Assembly: GCA_964016885.1 (NCBI GenBank) | Contig: OZ024740.1 | Coordinates: forward strand, 58,342,001-58,406,000 | DNA: 64,000 nucleotides | Origin: Eledone cirrhosa | Taxonomy: Eukaryota | Direction: 5' to 3' | Notes under the pieces: model-generated | What the model saw: the letters and a program-made list of their open reading frames with translations, nothing else | What the model was told of the DNA's origin: nothing | Database searches by the model: none | Shown here: piece after piece, positions 14,188-28,589 of the stretch | Position numbering within the stretch: position 1 is the first letter of the stretch | Layout: every line of letters begins with the position of its first letter | Made by a program: the position numbers and the translations under genes

Positions 14188-14807
14188 TCTATATATATAA
14201 AACTGAGGATGTCTGTCTGTGTGTGCGTGAGTTTGAATCCCTAAAACTCGAGAAGTACCCAACCGACTTTTTTCAAACTTTATATGTGTATTACTTATGC
14301 TTCAGGGACTGTTATGCACATAAGAAATTCAATTTTTTGATTCCCTAGGGCCCACATTAGGTGAAAAACTGCATTTTTTCAGGTTTTTAGGGGTTTTTTG
14401 AGGCGTTACATCAGACCGATTTCCTTGAAATTGTAACTTTGTCAGTCTCTTCTTCATACTGTGAGCAAAGAAAATCCAACATTTTTATGGCCTAGGGCCC
14501 GCATTAGGTGAAAAACTTCATTTTATCAGCTTTTTAGGGCTTTTTTGAGGTGTTACGTCTAGCTGATTTTCCCGAAATTTCAAGGCATATTATGCACATA
14601 AAAAAATTCATTTTCTTGATCCCCTTGGTGAAAACCTGCATTTTTCCTGTTTCATCAAGGAAAATCTTAAAGATTATCCAGCCATCAGAGTATTTGGTTT
14701 ATTTTCTTTACATGTTGTCCAGGCATGCAGTTTTTACACGATTAAGTCTGATGGCGGCCCGCGTTCCAAAATACCTTATCCCGTGCAACGCCGGGTACCA
14801 CTGCTAG
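14188..14807 (+). mobile_element. Non-autonomous Helitron-like element
   Basis: 5' TC (TCTATATATATAAAA), 3' GC-rich CCCGTGCAACGCCGGG hairpin followed by CTAG|T; internal duplication CCTAGGGCCC.CATTAGGTGAAAAACT. Confidence 0.7.
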
Positions 14808-16498
14808 TTAACTATAAAAAAGATATAGTTGAACAAAATAAAATATCTTTAGAATAATGAAGATTGTATATTTATATTCTGGTCTATTGTTATTGTATAG
14901 GATCCTTCTAAAGTATAACCATATATGTTTCAACACACGATTTCACATCAAGAACCTTGCAAAACAAATACAAAAGTAAAGAAGATTGTATAGAAATCTG
15001 TATATAAGTTAGGATAGTAGGTTTCTGAGTTCAAATCCAATTGAATTCACTTTGCTACTCTTCCTCAGTCAGATTTAAATGGTAAAAATTGAGAGTATTA
15101 GGCTATTATCAATTGATTTGACTGAACTCTGTTTAAATAATGTGCTCTTTGTATAGTAGAACTAAATAAATGCTTGCATTATTACTTTTGAATTAAATTC
15201 TCTTTGCTCTGACAAATAAAAATAATATAATACATATATAATATTTGCTTTAATATATCAGTTCATGAGATAGATTGCTTCAAAGATATATGATATAAAA
15301 TTATAACATTAGCAAACAGTAAAAGCTGGATAACTTTAATGGAAGCAGAAAATTTAACTTGTGATACAATGTAGTTATGGGACTTATCTCATAGAGGTTG
15401 AAATGTCAGCGAATTAGTCTCCATGGCTCTAGCTTAATTACCCTTTAGTTGAAGTCTGTGGATTTTATCCTAGGAGCATCATCATCTGAAAGCCAATAAG
15501 TCAAGACCTTAAGTAAAATCCACTTGAGTAATTGTCAGTAGCCCAACTGATAAAACAGACCTGTATTTAATTCAATTAATAATGGTTGTTGGAACATTAA
15601 ACAATATCAGAGGAATTTTCTTTCTGAAATATTTGAAACAGACACTGTTTGAAGCTGATTGTCACTTTTATTGTTATCTTTGATCTTATTATATAACCCT
15701 GTGAAAAATTGATTTAAAAGAATGTTTTCCTTGTAAAGTCATAAAGTTTCAAATAACTACATTTCTCAAAGTATTTCAAGTGTAATTTATAGATTTAATC
15801 TGTTTATAATTATAAATATTTTGTTCTAGAAAATAGTTTTTATTGCAATCAAACATTCACATATTTCAAATCTCCTTACAATAGAATATACCCATTGATT
15901 TTATATCTCTTTAACTTTCAATATTTTAAGTATTTTTTCTTTGTTTTTTTTGTTTGTTAACTGGTTTAAAGTGAATGAAAATAATATTGCTTGATCACTT
16001 GGATTTTTTCCTATAAAAGATAATACATTAGTAGAATGCGTTTGATTAAAATTTATAAAATCAATTGTCATTTTCATCATTAAAAGTCCACTCAAGAATT
16101 CTTCAGGTTTATTCATACACATTGATTTTCTATAAAATCCTAAAGAAACTTCTGATATTATCATTAGATATTTTTTCTCCAACTGTTATTACTCAGCAGT
16201 CTTATTATATTATAATCAAAACCGTTTTTGTTTTCATTCTCATTTTAATTTTTCTTTGTTTATTTTGTTGTTGTTTTTTTTGTTTATGTAAGAAAGATAG
16301 AGAGTTAGAATAAAAGTATTACTAAGCTTTGATCTTTAGTATTTTTGGTTTTAGTAGAGATTTTATCATCTTCAAATACTGTAAATCAGAATGGTAACAG
16401 TTAATAGCTTTTGGCAGTATTTCAGACTGGTGGATATTTTTTGAAGGAACTTCTGCAAAACTATATACATACGCTCAACATATATACATATATACATC

Positions 16499-16567
<69 letters not shown>

Positions 16568-16568
16568 C

Positions 16569-16645
<77 letters not shown>

Positions 16646-16646
<1 letters not shown>

Positions 16647-17290
16647 CATCATCATCATCATAATTTAGCATCTGTTTTCCCTGATAGCAAGGGTTGGCCA
16701 AGTCTTCACAGAACAAATCAGTACTCAAGTGTAGCTACCAACCGGAGAGACCAGAGGTCAACATCTCACTTACATACAGTCCCATATTAATTGAGTGCAT
16801 GTTATCATGACACCAGCACTAGAGAAGTTGTCATTTCATTAATACAGCTGATTGGTCTTCCCGACCTTTCATTTGGCAAGCTTTCTACGGCTGGATGCTC
16901 TTCCTGTCACCAACCACTTTATAACATGTACTTTGTGCAGTCATCGTGTAGATCACCAACACTAGGGAGATTGTTGTGTCTTTGACACAACTGGAGGGTC
17001 ATCCTAACTCTTTGTTTGGCAAGCTTTGTATGGCTGGAGGCCATTCCTATTACTAACCACTTTATGTGTACTGGGTGTGTTTATTGTGTAGATCACCAAC
17101 ACTAACAAGGTTGTCATGCTATTTACACAACTGATGGGTTCTCCCAATCTTTATATGTTTCTACTGCAAGGTATCCTTCCTATTGCCAACCACCTTACAG
17201 AGTGTACTGAGTATATTTTCATGGCACCAATACAAGATAGGCTGTTGGTGTTTGTTGCAACTGAAGAGCCCTTTCTCTTTTGGCAGGGAA
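16646..17290 (-). mobile_element. Degenerate SINE/RTE-tail-derived repeat with internal duplications
   Basis: (CAT)n tail at 16646 and repeated TTTGGCAAGCTTT.TA.GGCTGGA blocks resembling the RTE 3' UTR. Confidence 0.45.
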
Positions 17291-20200
17291 GTGGGTGAGT
17301 TGAAGAATGGTACAAATCATATGGTTGTTTGGTGTAGTGGCGTTTGACAGGGAAATGAGTAGGAGGGAAGGTGTGACCACTGATTGCATAGCAGGAATGT
17401 AGCGATGGAGGAGAATACCTAAACAATGATAGTAGTTGTGGCATGGATGGAGTGGTCAATGGTGTGGGGTGAGGGAGATCAAGGGCACTCACTGATATAT
17501 ATATATATAATGAGGAATTTAGATTGATACGGTGCTACTATATATATAAAATGAAAAATTTAGATTGATACAATGCTACTATATATATATACATGCACAT
17601 GTTATCATATATTAATGTTTCTAATAATCATATGCTAACATCCATCTTTATCAGTGTTTTCAGACACATCCATTTTTGAAAAATGTATTTTTCTTGTTCA
17701 ATGCCATAATAGTGCATTTTCTTACAGCCAGCAAAATAATGACCTGTCATATGAAATATACTTCACATAATATAATATTTGAAAACTTTGTGATTATTCT
17801 CTATACCAATAATATGAATAATAACTTTATCTTTTACACCGAAAAGTCCAATTGTCTATGTATTTTACACTGGTCTACTGGCTCCATAAATATGTGTTCA
17901 AAACTTACTATAACAATTTTCTCATGAAAATATAACTATGTTTCTTTCTTCCTAACTCTCTAGCAATATGTCCTACACCTTCTTAATCAATCTGAATGAC
18001 ATGTAAACATAAATGCTTAAACAGTATGCAAATATAATCCCCATTAAAAGCATCTCACAAAATCTAGATTAAAAAAAATATAAGAATGGATGTAAAACAA
18101 AAAAAACGTTTTGCACATACTTTTTGAGGTAGGGTATTTTTAATATTAATGTGCCTCAACTTTTGCTTTTGAAAGTTCTCTTTAACCTTTCCGTTTCCAT
18201 ATTTCTAATATATGATATTGCCCATAGTTTTCAGATAATTTTGAAAATAATCAACAATTTAAAGGGATTTAGTAAAATAACTTTTTTAATATTAAACTAA
18301 TACTTAGGGTTTCTTACTTTAGATGATGATGGAAGGTTTATAGATAAATATAAACACTGTATAAGAAAGTTTTGTATCATATAGCTAAGGGTAGCTTTAA
18401 GCAGTTTGGTATCAAAAGGGTTGTTGTTTGTTGTTACAGCTCACACCTATGTATATTTAGCTGGTCTCTTACAAGGTTGCATCTCATAAGTTTCTTGGTT
18501 ATTTTAATGGTTATGATCCCAGAACTATCATAAAAAAGCCTTATCCTCACACCTCCTGAACCAGTCACCAATCCTGTGCAGGGTTTAATCCCCTACTGCT
18601 GCTGGTACTTATGATCTGCCCAGACTATATGGTTGTGATTTTGACACCCTAACCACTAGGCTAAGTTAAGGGTTTAGATATTTTAAATTAAAAAAAAGTC
18701 ATGTCATCAAAGATGAACTCTATAATTATGAAGATTTATTTGCTTTCATTGGATTTGTCTAATCATCATCAATATGTTATCATTTTGTAACCGTAACGTT
18801 TTTCATTATCTTTATATTTCTGATAATTGAATATTCTGCAATTATATTATTTCGATTCTATTTTCCAATGTTTATGATTAAATGTTATTGAATTTTTTTT
18901 ATATATTATAGAAACAAATAACTTTATTTCTTCCCATACCATTTATCCTATTTGGCAGGTAGATAGATGTAAAATAGGGTTACTTGAACAAAGAGAGCAA
19001 TACATCTTGCTAATGAGCACAACTCATTATCAGAAAATTGAATCTGAATTAATAACCTTTGGATCAGCAGTTCATCTTGTTGACCACTTAGTCACTGTAT
19101 CACACCAACAGAACATATTAGCTGATTTGTTCATCAAAAGCTGATCATATCATGAATATGTATGAGACACTGTCCGAATATGACTATAGTGATTTGTCAA
19201 TTTATGCATTAAGTCACTGGAGTATCATAATATAATACAATAATGGCTTCAAAATTAAAACATTGGCTTTTTCAAAATTTTAAATGTAATCATATTAGTT
19301 CTATTCAAAATACATCACTAACTATGATGGAATTAAATGGGCTTCCTAACTTGGTTTAACTCACATGTGGGTTAGTTCTTTTATATTTTTTAAGAACATC
19401 TCTGATTATTTTGAAATATTTTGATTAAAGTTGTATTTCTAATATCAGAAATACACAAACTGCTGAAGGACCTCCATTTTATATATTGTTTGCTTCTTTA
19501 ATACTACTTTTAGCTTTCTAACAATATCATCTCACACCAGTACTACATAAACATATCATTCAATTGTTCATTCAGTCACTTATATGTTTCTCTCTTATAA
19601 TTGTTGTGTTGGTGCTATGATACAATACATCTACTACACTCAGTAGTTAGAAAGGACAGCTAACCATAGAAACCAAGCCAAAAGTTTTGGGAGCACATGA
19701 TACCCTCTTATGTACTAGTGTCATGGTAAAATACACTCACTACATCCTGTCAAGTGGTTGGTGATAGAAAGGGCATCCATTTGTAGAAACCATTCCAAAA
19801 CCAGAACATATGTAAGTAAGACATTCCTCCTGGCTTGTCTGAAAGGAGATTAACTGTGATTAAGTATTAATATGGTCTGTGATGGCCTGTCCTCCCCATA
19901 CCAGCATGGAAAACAGACAAATGATAATGATAATGATGTGTTGTTGATGCTACATGTGTTCTAGATTTTCCCTATACATATTTCTAAAATCTTCTTCTGA
20001 GGTTTCTTTTGCAATCAAAAATATATTGGATGCCATGTGAGCATTGTATATGATGTATGTATTTTTACTGTGTGGAGTGATTCGATTATTTGTTTACATA
20101 TATGAAGTATGTTTCCACAAATGATATGGCCCTTTAACCCATGCAAGCATGGAATGGATGTGAAATGGTGCCAATACTGATGATGATGATACTATTCTAA

Positions 20201-21719
20201 TAAAATGGTTTTCAATCCCATCATAAACTTTATACCACCTCAAAAAACACAGAACCAAAGAACATCACCAACCAAACAACATTAACGTATATACTTCACA
20301 TTAAAAAATACCTTTACCAGCAGCAACATACAACCAATATAATATATAAGCTCTTCAATTTGCATTATGTTATTTCAACTAATTATGGGGTCTGATGTTT
20401 CATTGTGTGATTCTGGACTGTATTTCTACATAATTACAGATAAAGATGTGCACAATTGCAAATATGCTAGGTATATTTATTATTTGTTGGTATTGGTATT
20501 GTGAATTTAACATGTATATATGGTAATTGTCATTATGCAATTGCTTAAACATCTTTTTTCTGCATATGGAGTCAAGCCAAAATATTTCAGCTTGCCTGCA
20601 GCTGAATAAAGTAATTTAGACATTTTGTAATCGCAAAAAGGAACATCTTCTTATATCTCTTCTTGAATTATTATATGAAAATATATGTGAAAGATTAACT
20701 ATAGCTGTAAACAAATCATTCTGATTTTATTGTTTCTTGACGTTTATAAAACATGATAAGAAATTTCCACAAGACAGTAATTCAGATTTGCATGCCTAGT
20801 ATACATGAGATAAATATATAATTACATACACAGAAACAGACACCCATACCCACATACACACACACACATGCATATATATGTGTGCAGGGTATATTTGTGA
20901 ATCTATCTATGTAAAAATTATGTTGCAAGCATGGACAAGCAGACATAAAATGATGATGACATATATGTATAATTGTGTATATTCTGGTTTCTAAAATATG
21001 TACACTATATCCTTGTATGTTGTAAGAAGTGAATAATATTGTTGTCAGGAAGGGAATTTGGCTGTAAAACACTGCCTTATAAAATTCCATCCAGCACATG
21101 CTAGTATGAAAAAGGTGGACATATACACAATGATGATTCATACAAGTACACACTCATAGACTATATGTTTTAATATACACTATTAAAACATATGTCCCAC
21201 CCTTGCAAGCAGGGAAAAGCGGACGTAAAATGATGATGATGATATCGACTAACCCATGCTAGCATGGAAAAATGGACGTAAAACGGTGATGATGATAATG
21301 ATCATGCTACACAAGCAGAATAAAAGAAAAAGAAAAAATTATAAATCATTTTAATTTCTACAAGTCACTTTCTTCTGTGTTTTTTTTTTGTTTCTTGTAA
21401 CCAGTAGTGATTTGACAGAAAATATCTAAAAACAGGTTTGTTAATTCAAATGTTTATAGTACCTTTATTAGTGGACAGCTAGGTATATATCTATGATGAG
21501 TATGAAGCCTTTCATGAGGCCTGCAAAACTCATTCCTAAATTAGCAGGAAAAATGGCCATAAAATGCTCGCTGTGTACTTGAGTACTTTTATCCTCCAGC
21601 TACTCAGTTCAGTTATGGTTTGCTTTTCATGCAAGTTATGACACATTCACTAGATCTCACTGATTCTTTTATTCTTCAGCCTCCATAGATCTTCCATATT
21701 TGATATTCTCATTTCAATA

Positions 21720-22009
21720 TCATGTAACAATCCTGACAGTAAGGTGTTCTGGAAATATGTTCATTCAAAGCAGAGACTTCACTCTCCAGTTGGTCCTCTT
21801 CGCAATCCCCACACAAGCCAGATCACTGACGATCCCAAAGAATGCGCAGAACTCATTGCTGAGTGCTATGCAAGTATTTTTACTGTTGAAAACCAGAATG
21901 TATCATCTCCACCATCTCTAACATCAAATTCCATAACAACTATGGAATTTACACCTGCAATGTTGCGACGTCACCTTAAGAATAAGCGCAACTATGCCTA
22001 TTCGACCAT
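21720..22009 (+). mobile_element. CR1-like LINE, 5' part (interrupted by an RTE insertion)
   Basis: FWKYVHSK...VGPL...AELIAECYASIFT linker typical of CR1 ORF2; the frame continues after 25624 (KRNYA|SPGLDG). Confidence 0.75.
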
Positions 22010-25000
22010 CAAACCTCAGCATGCCATTTCTACGGCTGCTGCTGCTACTACTACTACTACCACCTAACTAACTCTCTCCTCCCCTGTCGCAGCCCAACAC
22101 ACTCTGCCATTATCCCACCACCACTGTTCTTCTAGCCCTCAAATTTCCCACCGCTATGGATGGATGAGCTGAGAATAAATTTGAGCAACTCTGAATCAAT
22201 AGATGAAATATGAATCTGCGAGCTAACAAGCACCCATGTGAAGCCCCAACCCGGAGACCCTTCCCTACGAGTGTCGACAAATGCCCAAAACTCCGAGTTG
22301 GTACCATCAATGTAGGCTCAATGAAAGGAAGAGCAGGAGAAATCGTAGAAATGCTAGAGCGAAAGGAAATTGATGTATGCTGTGTGCAAGAGACTAGATG
22401 GAGAGAAGAGTCTGCCAGAGTCCTGGTAGGAAATAGTCGGTGCTACAAATTTTTCTGGGTGGGAAATGACGATGGGATGGGTGGGGTAGGTATACTACTA
22501 GCTGACAAGTGCATAGATAAAGTAATCTCAGTGTACAGGGTAAATGCAAGAATCATTAAACTCAGACTAGTCCTGAATAAAACAATTACCACAATAATAT
22601 CAGCTTACGCACCCCAATCGGGGCTGCCAGACAAACTTAAGGATAGGTTTTACGAGTCCCTAATGTACACTACTGCTCTAACAGACGACAATGACTTCCT
22701 AACCATCGCAGGAGATTTTAACGGACACGTAGGTAAACACTGCGACGGCTTCAATAGAGTAGATGGAGGCCATGGGGTTGGCACAAGAAATGAGGAAGGA
22801 TTCAGACTTCTAGAATTCTGCGACGCCAATGACATGTCGATATGTAACACAAACTTTAAAAAACCCGACAACCACCTGATCACCTATAGATCAGGGGAAC
22901 ACTCCAGTCAGATAGATTTTATCCTCACCAGAGGACGTGACAGATGGACGGTCGTAAACACAAAAGCCTTCCCTAGTGAGGAATGTACATCCCAACATAG
23001 CTTAGTTGTCAGCGACCTCATGGTCAGAACTAGTCGAACCTGGAAACAGAGGCCAACCTGGAGAAGAAAGATCTGGAAGCTGAAAGTCCCCTCAACCAGT
23101 AACAGATTTAAAGATATTTTACTCTACGCCTACGACAGTAAAGAAGAACAGATAGAGACATTTAATGTAGAAGAGAACTGGGAGTTCCTAAAAAATAATT
23201 TATTAGAGGCGACAGATGAGGTCTGTGGCTGGAGTAAGACCTCAAGCAGGGGGAGAGTGACTTGGTGGTGGAACAATAAGGTAGATGAAGCAGTTAAGGC
23301 CAAGAGACAGGCATGGAAAGAATGGAAGAACGGGGGAAGCAGGGTACATTACTTAGAGACCAAGAGGGAAGCTAGGCGACAAGTATACTTAGCTAGGTAG
23401 GAAGCAGAGGATAGAAAATTCAAGCATGTTTTGCAACGTGAGGACCAGAAACAGGAGGTATTCAAGATTGCGAGGCAGTGTGTCAGAGATAGTTGTGATG
23501 TCGTTGGTGAGAAGAGTATCCGGAATGATAAAGGTGAGCTTGCCCTCACAAGTGCTGAGAAGAAAGATGCATGGAAGAGTCATTATGATAGATTACTAAA
23601 TGAGGAGAATGCATGGGAAGAAGAGACCCTACCCCAAGTAGACCCTATAGAGGGGCCAGCAGTACAAGTCAGCAGCAGCGTAGTAAGTAAGGCAATCAAA
23701 GATATGAAGATGGGGAAGGCAACCGGTCCATCGGGTATAGCTGCCGAGATGCTGAAGGCATCTGGGTCTGTAGGTCACACTATAACCACACGTATTGTTA
23801 ACCAGGTAATACTAGAAGGTGTCATACCAAAAGATTGGTGCAGTAGCATCATTGTCAACTGCTACAAAGGTAAAGGCGATGTACTAGATAGAGGAAACTA
23901 TAGAGATATGAAGTTGATGGACCAGGTCATGAAAGTAACAGAAAGAGTTATAGCACAGTTGATTAGGGACCGGGTGAAAATAGACGAGATGCAATTTGGG
24001 TTTGTACCAGGAAGAGGCACCACTGATGCCCTCTTCCTTGTGAGGCAATTACAGGAAAAGTACCTAGCTAAAAGTAACCACTCTACTTGGCATTTGTTGA
24101 CCTTGAGAAAGCCTTTGACAGAGTTCTACGTGCTGTAATCTGGTGGGCTCTTAGAAAACTAGGAGTAGATGAATGGCTTGTGAAAGCGGTACAAGCCATG
24201 TATAGGGGAGCAGTCAGCAAAGTTAGGATTAGCAATGAGTATAGCGAGGAATTTAGCGTACAGGTCGGGGTCCACCAGGGCTCAGTTCTTAGCCCCCTCC
24301 TGTTCATCATAGTCCTGCAGGCAATAACGGAGGAGTTTAAGACCGGATGCCCATGGGAACTCCTGTATGCTGATGACCTCGCACTCATAGCTGAATCTAT
24401 GGTAGAACTAGAGAAGAAATTTCAAACTTGGAAGCAGGGACTAGAAAGAAAGGGTCTCAAAGTCAACATGACAAAGACTAAGGTCCTTGTAAGTAGACGA
24501 GAAAAAGAACCCAGATCCTCTCAGGGAAATGGCCATGCTCAGTATGTAGGAAAGGTGTAGGTAGGAACTCCATTCTCTGCCCCAAATGCAAACAATGGGT
24601 ACACAAGAGATGTAGCGGGATCTCAGGAAGCTTAATTAAGAATGTAGGCTTCAGGTGCAGCAGCTGTGCTGAGACAGCAAACAGCCACAGGAAACAAGTA
24701 CCACCAATCTCTGGGAGGGCTCTGTGGAAACAGTAGACAGCTTCTGCTACCTAGGTGACAGAATTAGCAGCGGAGGTGGGTGTTCAGAAAGTACAATAAC
24801 TAGGGTAAGAACGGGATGGAAGAAGTTTAGGGAACTACTACCACTGCTAGTTGCAAAAGGCTTCTCCCTCAGAATGAAAGGCAGACTGTATGATGCGTGT
24901 ATCCGAACAGCAATGTTGCATGGTAGTGAGACCTGGGCGCTGAAGGTGGAAGACTTACGTAGATTAGAGAGAAACGAAACCTGCATGCTCCGATGGATGT

Positions 25001-25618
25001 GTAACAGTAATATACGTGAACGACAAAGCATAAATGAATTGAGAGAGAGACTGAGCATAAGAGGTATCAAATGCTGTGTGCAGGAGAGGCGGTTGCGCTG
25101 GTATGGACATGTGATGCGTATGAAGGATGACAGCTGCATTAAAAGGTGCAGAGCACTAGAAGTTGATGGAAACCGCGGAGTGGGGGAGACCCAAGATGAC
25201 CTGGGATGAGGTGATAAAAGCCGACCTTTCCCAATTACACCTCTCAAAGGCAATGACACACGACCATGACTTCTGGCGTCACGCAGTAATACAGAGTACC
25301 CGACCTCCCATGGGTACAAGCTGAAGCATATAGACAATATACCCCCACACCTCCCACCGCAAGGTGGCCGTGGAGGTGCCACGGCAAAAAATCACCCAGC
25401 CCACACTGTAAAGTGGACGTGTAGGCGCCACGGAAAAGCACCCAGCACTCACTGTAAATGAGGTTGGTGTTAGGAAAGGCATCCAGCTGTAGAAATCAAG
25501 CCAAATCAGTTCCTGTATGAGCAAGGCATGGTCAGCCGACCAGACACTGCCCACAACAGGACAACCCGTCTAACCCATGCTAGCGTGGAAGAACGGACGT
25601 AAAACGGTGATGATGATG
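22010..25618 (+). mobile_element. Full-length RTE LINE (family A) with one stop and several frameshifts
   Basis: APE motifs (GTINV, QETRW, GDFNGH, QIDFIL), RT motifs (DLEKAFD, QGSVLSP, YADD), PHD-like insert, (GAT)n tail, ATGCCT duplicated at 22004-22009 and 25619-25624. Confidence 0.95.
22210..23400 (+). pseudogene. RTE AP-endonuclease ORF segment ending at a premature TAG
   Basis: 396-aa ORF with APE catalytic motifs; homology continues in frame after the stop. Confidence 0.9.
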
Positions 25619-25624
25619 ATGCCT

Positions 25625-27243
25625 CCCCTGGTCTTGATGGTGTTACATACCTGCTTCTCAAACGTGGCGGGTATTTCTTTTTGCGCCAGCTTTCTTTCTT
25701 CTTTCAATACTGTCTCAACAATGGTGCTACTCCGGAGCAGTGGAAAACTGCCAGTGTCATTCCCCTGTTCAAAAAGGGCAACCGCATGTCAACTGTCAAC
25801 TATTGTGCAGTCAGTCTTACTAGCTGTATGGCCAAACTGATGGAATCCTGTGTCAGAGAAACACTTTGGAATTTCTGGAGCTCTCACAGCCTCATCCGGC
25901 CCTTACAGTAGCATCATCCGGCCCGATCAGCTTATCGAGTTCCTTGAAGACATCACCCGGATCACTGACAGCGGCTCATGGGTGGATGTTGTTTACCTTG
26001 ACTTTGCTAAGGCTTTTAATTCTGTGCCACAAAAAATACTTATGGCAAAACTCTCTGCAATGGGTGTGAGGGATGATCTTTTCGACTGGTTGAAATCCTT
26101 CATTCTCAGCCGAAAAGAGGTAGTCACGGGTCTAGGACAGCATTCTTCACCATATGAGATGTCATCTGGTGTACCACAGGGAACTGTTCTTGGTCCCCTT
26201 TTGTTTGTGAAATATATTAATGACATAGAGGCCAACTTACAGAATGCCACGGTACTGAAATATGCAGATGACATCAAGCTGTACCTTGAAATCAAAAGGA
26301 CTGATCCTGAAATCTACAACTCTTTCCTACAATCAGACCTGGACACAATGCAGCAATGGATCACAGACTGGCAACTGAAGCTGGCTGTGGACAAGTGTAC
26401 CACCATGCATTTTGGGAGGAAAAATCCAGCGTCCACATACTCCCTCCACCACACTGATATCAAGAAGTCCTCTTGTGAACGTGACCTGGGCATTACTGTC
26501 AGCAGCGATTTGCGTTGGACAAAGCATATCTCTAAGATTGTCAAGAAGGCCGAGGGTGTCTTGGCATCACTCAGCAAGACCTTTGTTAGCCGCTCTCCAG
26601 CCATCTATTTAAAACTGTATACAGCTATGGTATGACAACACTTGGAATTCGCATCATCAGTCTGGAACCCCTATCTTGCTCAGAACATTGACCTCCTGGA
26701 AACTGTTCAGAGACGTGCAACCAAGCGCATACCCTCCATCACACACCTACCATACTCTGAACGCCTTGCTTCCCTGGGCATGGATTCATTGAAGCTCCGA
26801 CGTCTGGCAATAGACTTGGTAAATACCCACAAAGTTATTAACCATCTCGCCAATTGCAACCCTGAGCACCTTTTTGATCTCCATGTGTCTAACACACGTG
26901 GACATGCCTACAAAATCAGAAAACAGCACAGCTCCCATGACTTTCGTAAACATTTTTCACGCTCAGAGTTGCTGAAGCATGGAACAAACTGCCTGCGTCA
27001 GTTGTTAGCTGCCGAGACACTGCATCCTTTAAGACACTCAAGCTTTCCGAAATACGCCAAAACTACACCTGATGTACCCCTTCCATACACATGCACACAT
27101 GTGTGTATCATGACTCATGCACTGTTCATTTTCCTGATGTTTGTACATAACCCTATGTACTATACATACACTTTTTGATGAGTTGTAGTGCACCTGAACA
27201 CTGTACAGAATATTTCATTATTATTATTATTATTTTATTATTA
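25625..27243 (+). mobile_element. CR1-like LINE, RT and 3' end, disrupted
   Basis: VDVVYLDFAKAF, GVPQGTVLGPLLF, YADD, ERDLG, EFASSVWNP, TRGH motifs; (ATT)n tail at 27218-27243. Confidence 0.92.
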
Positions 27244-28064
27244 TATCATTCATTATAAATGCTTCATAAAGCCTATCTTCTGAATGGAGATAGAAACCCT
27301 TGTTGCAAAAAGAAATAATAGCTATCTGAACTGTTAGCACAATTTCTTACTCTTACTACTATAATGTGACTTTGGTTTTAAGCCTTGAAGTAATTATATC
27401 ACCTTGGTAAAAAGAACTATCAACTAGATCTTGTGAACTAGCTCAGTAATTCATGGATTGAAAGAATCCGCACATAATTGGTTCTGATAACCACCTCTGT
27501 AGGCCTAGCATTTATCTGAACACCATGTAAGAAATCTTAATTAAGAATGAAAAAAAATTAAGCCTGACACTATAAAATATATATCTATAGCTCCTAATTT
27601 CCATCACCTAATTGTTCTATAAGGAAATAGCGTAGCATAAATGTTGATTAACCATTTTGATACCAAACCACCTGAAACTGCCGCTGGCACTACAATATTA
27701 AGTTGTTTGTTTGAAAGTATAGTTATCTTCATCATAATTCTATGTTAGAACCTTTAAGTTATGTTCTAAGCTTCAGCTTAACAATGAAAAAGTTAGCTAT
27801 ATCATTAAATCTCTTTAAATTCTTGATTATTTTTTAAACGATTTTAAAATAATAGGCAGTGTCTTTCATTAGAAATATGTTTTGAAAGAATTAAGAATTG
27901 TAGTTTACCTAGTGGTCATAATTTCATTTTCTGGGTCAGTTCATCTATAAATACACATATGCTCATACATATATGTAGTACTTGCTCTAAGTTTTAAACA
28001 TATACAATAGTGGAACAACCTGGCTATGAAGTTGTTTGTTATTTTCATGCCATATTTTTTAATG

Positions 28065-28381
28065 GTCCCTTCAGTCATGAGTGATCATGGGTCCACACCT
28101 GAAAAGTACTTCTAGAAGGTGCAAACCTGGGATAGGTGTTTTGTGGAAGATCAGCAGTTGCTCAGACATGCATGTGGACACCAATGTTGTCCACAAGAAA
28201 GGCAAAAGCCAATACAGCTTGGCACCAGTGTCACCACAACTTCTTTTTTCCTGTACCGTGAACTGAAGCATAATGAAATAAGCATCTTGTTCAAGGACAC
28301 AAGACGTCATCCAGTTTGGGATAAAACTCACAACTATATGATCATGAGTCCAACACCCTTGCCACCAAGCCATGTGCCTTC
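28065..28381 (-). mobile_element. tRNA-derived SINE with Nin/Deu-like domain
   Basis: Minus strand begins GAAGGCACATGGCTTGGTGG (A box), then GTGTCCTTGAACAAG and GTGCCAAGCTGTATTGGC. Confidence 0.65.
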
Positions 28382-28462
28382 ATATGTGGTATGTATGATG
28401 TAATACTGTTCATTTATTCAGTAAAACGTTCGTAAGTGCTAATTTGACAGAATAAATTGGTC

Positions 28463-28572
28463 AACATCCGCCGAGGTTGACTTTGCCTTTCATCCTTACG
28501 GGGTCGATAAAATAAAGTACCAGTAATGCACTGGGTAATTGCTGGCCTTGTGCCTAAAGTAGAAACAATTAT
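28463..28572 (+). mobile_element. Truncated Meta/MESC-type SINE
   Basis: Near-identical to the 3' half of 13016-13205. Confidence 0.75.
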
Positions 28573-28589
28573 TTAGCATAATGAGTAGC

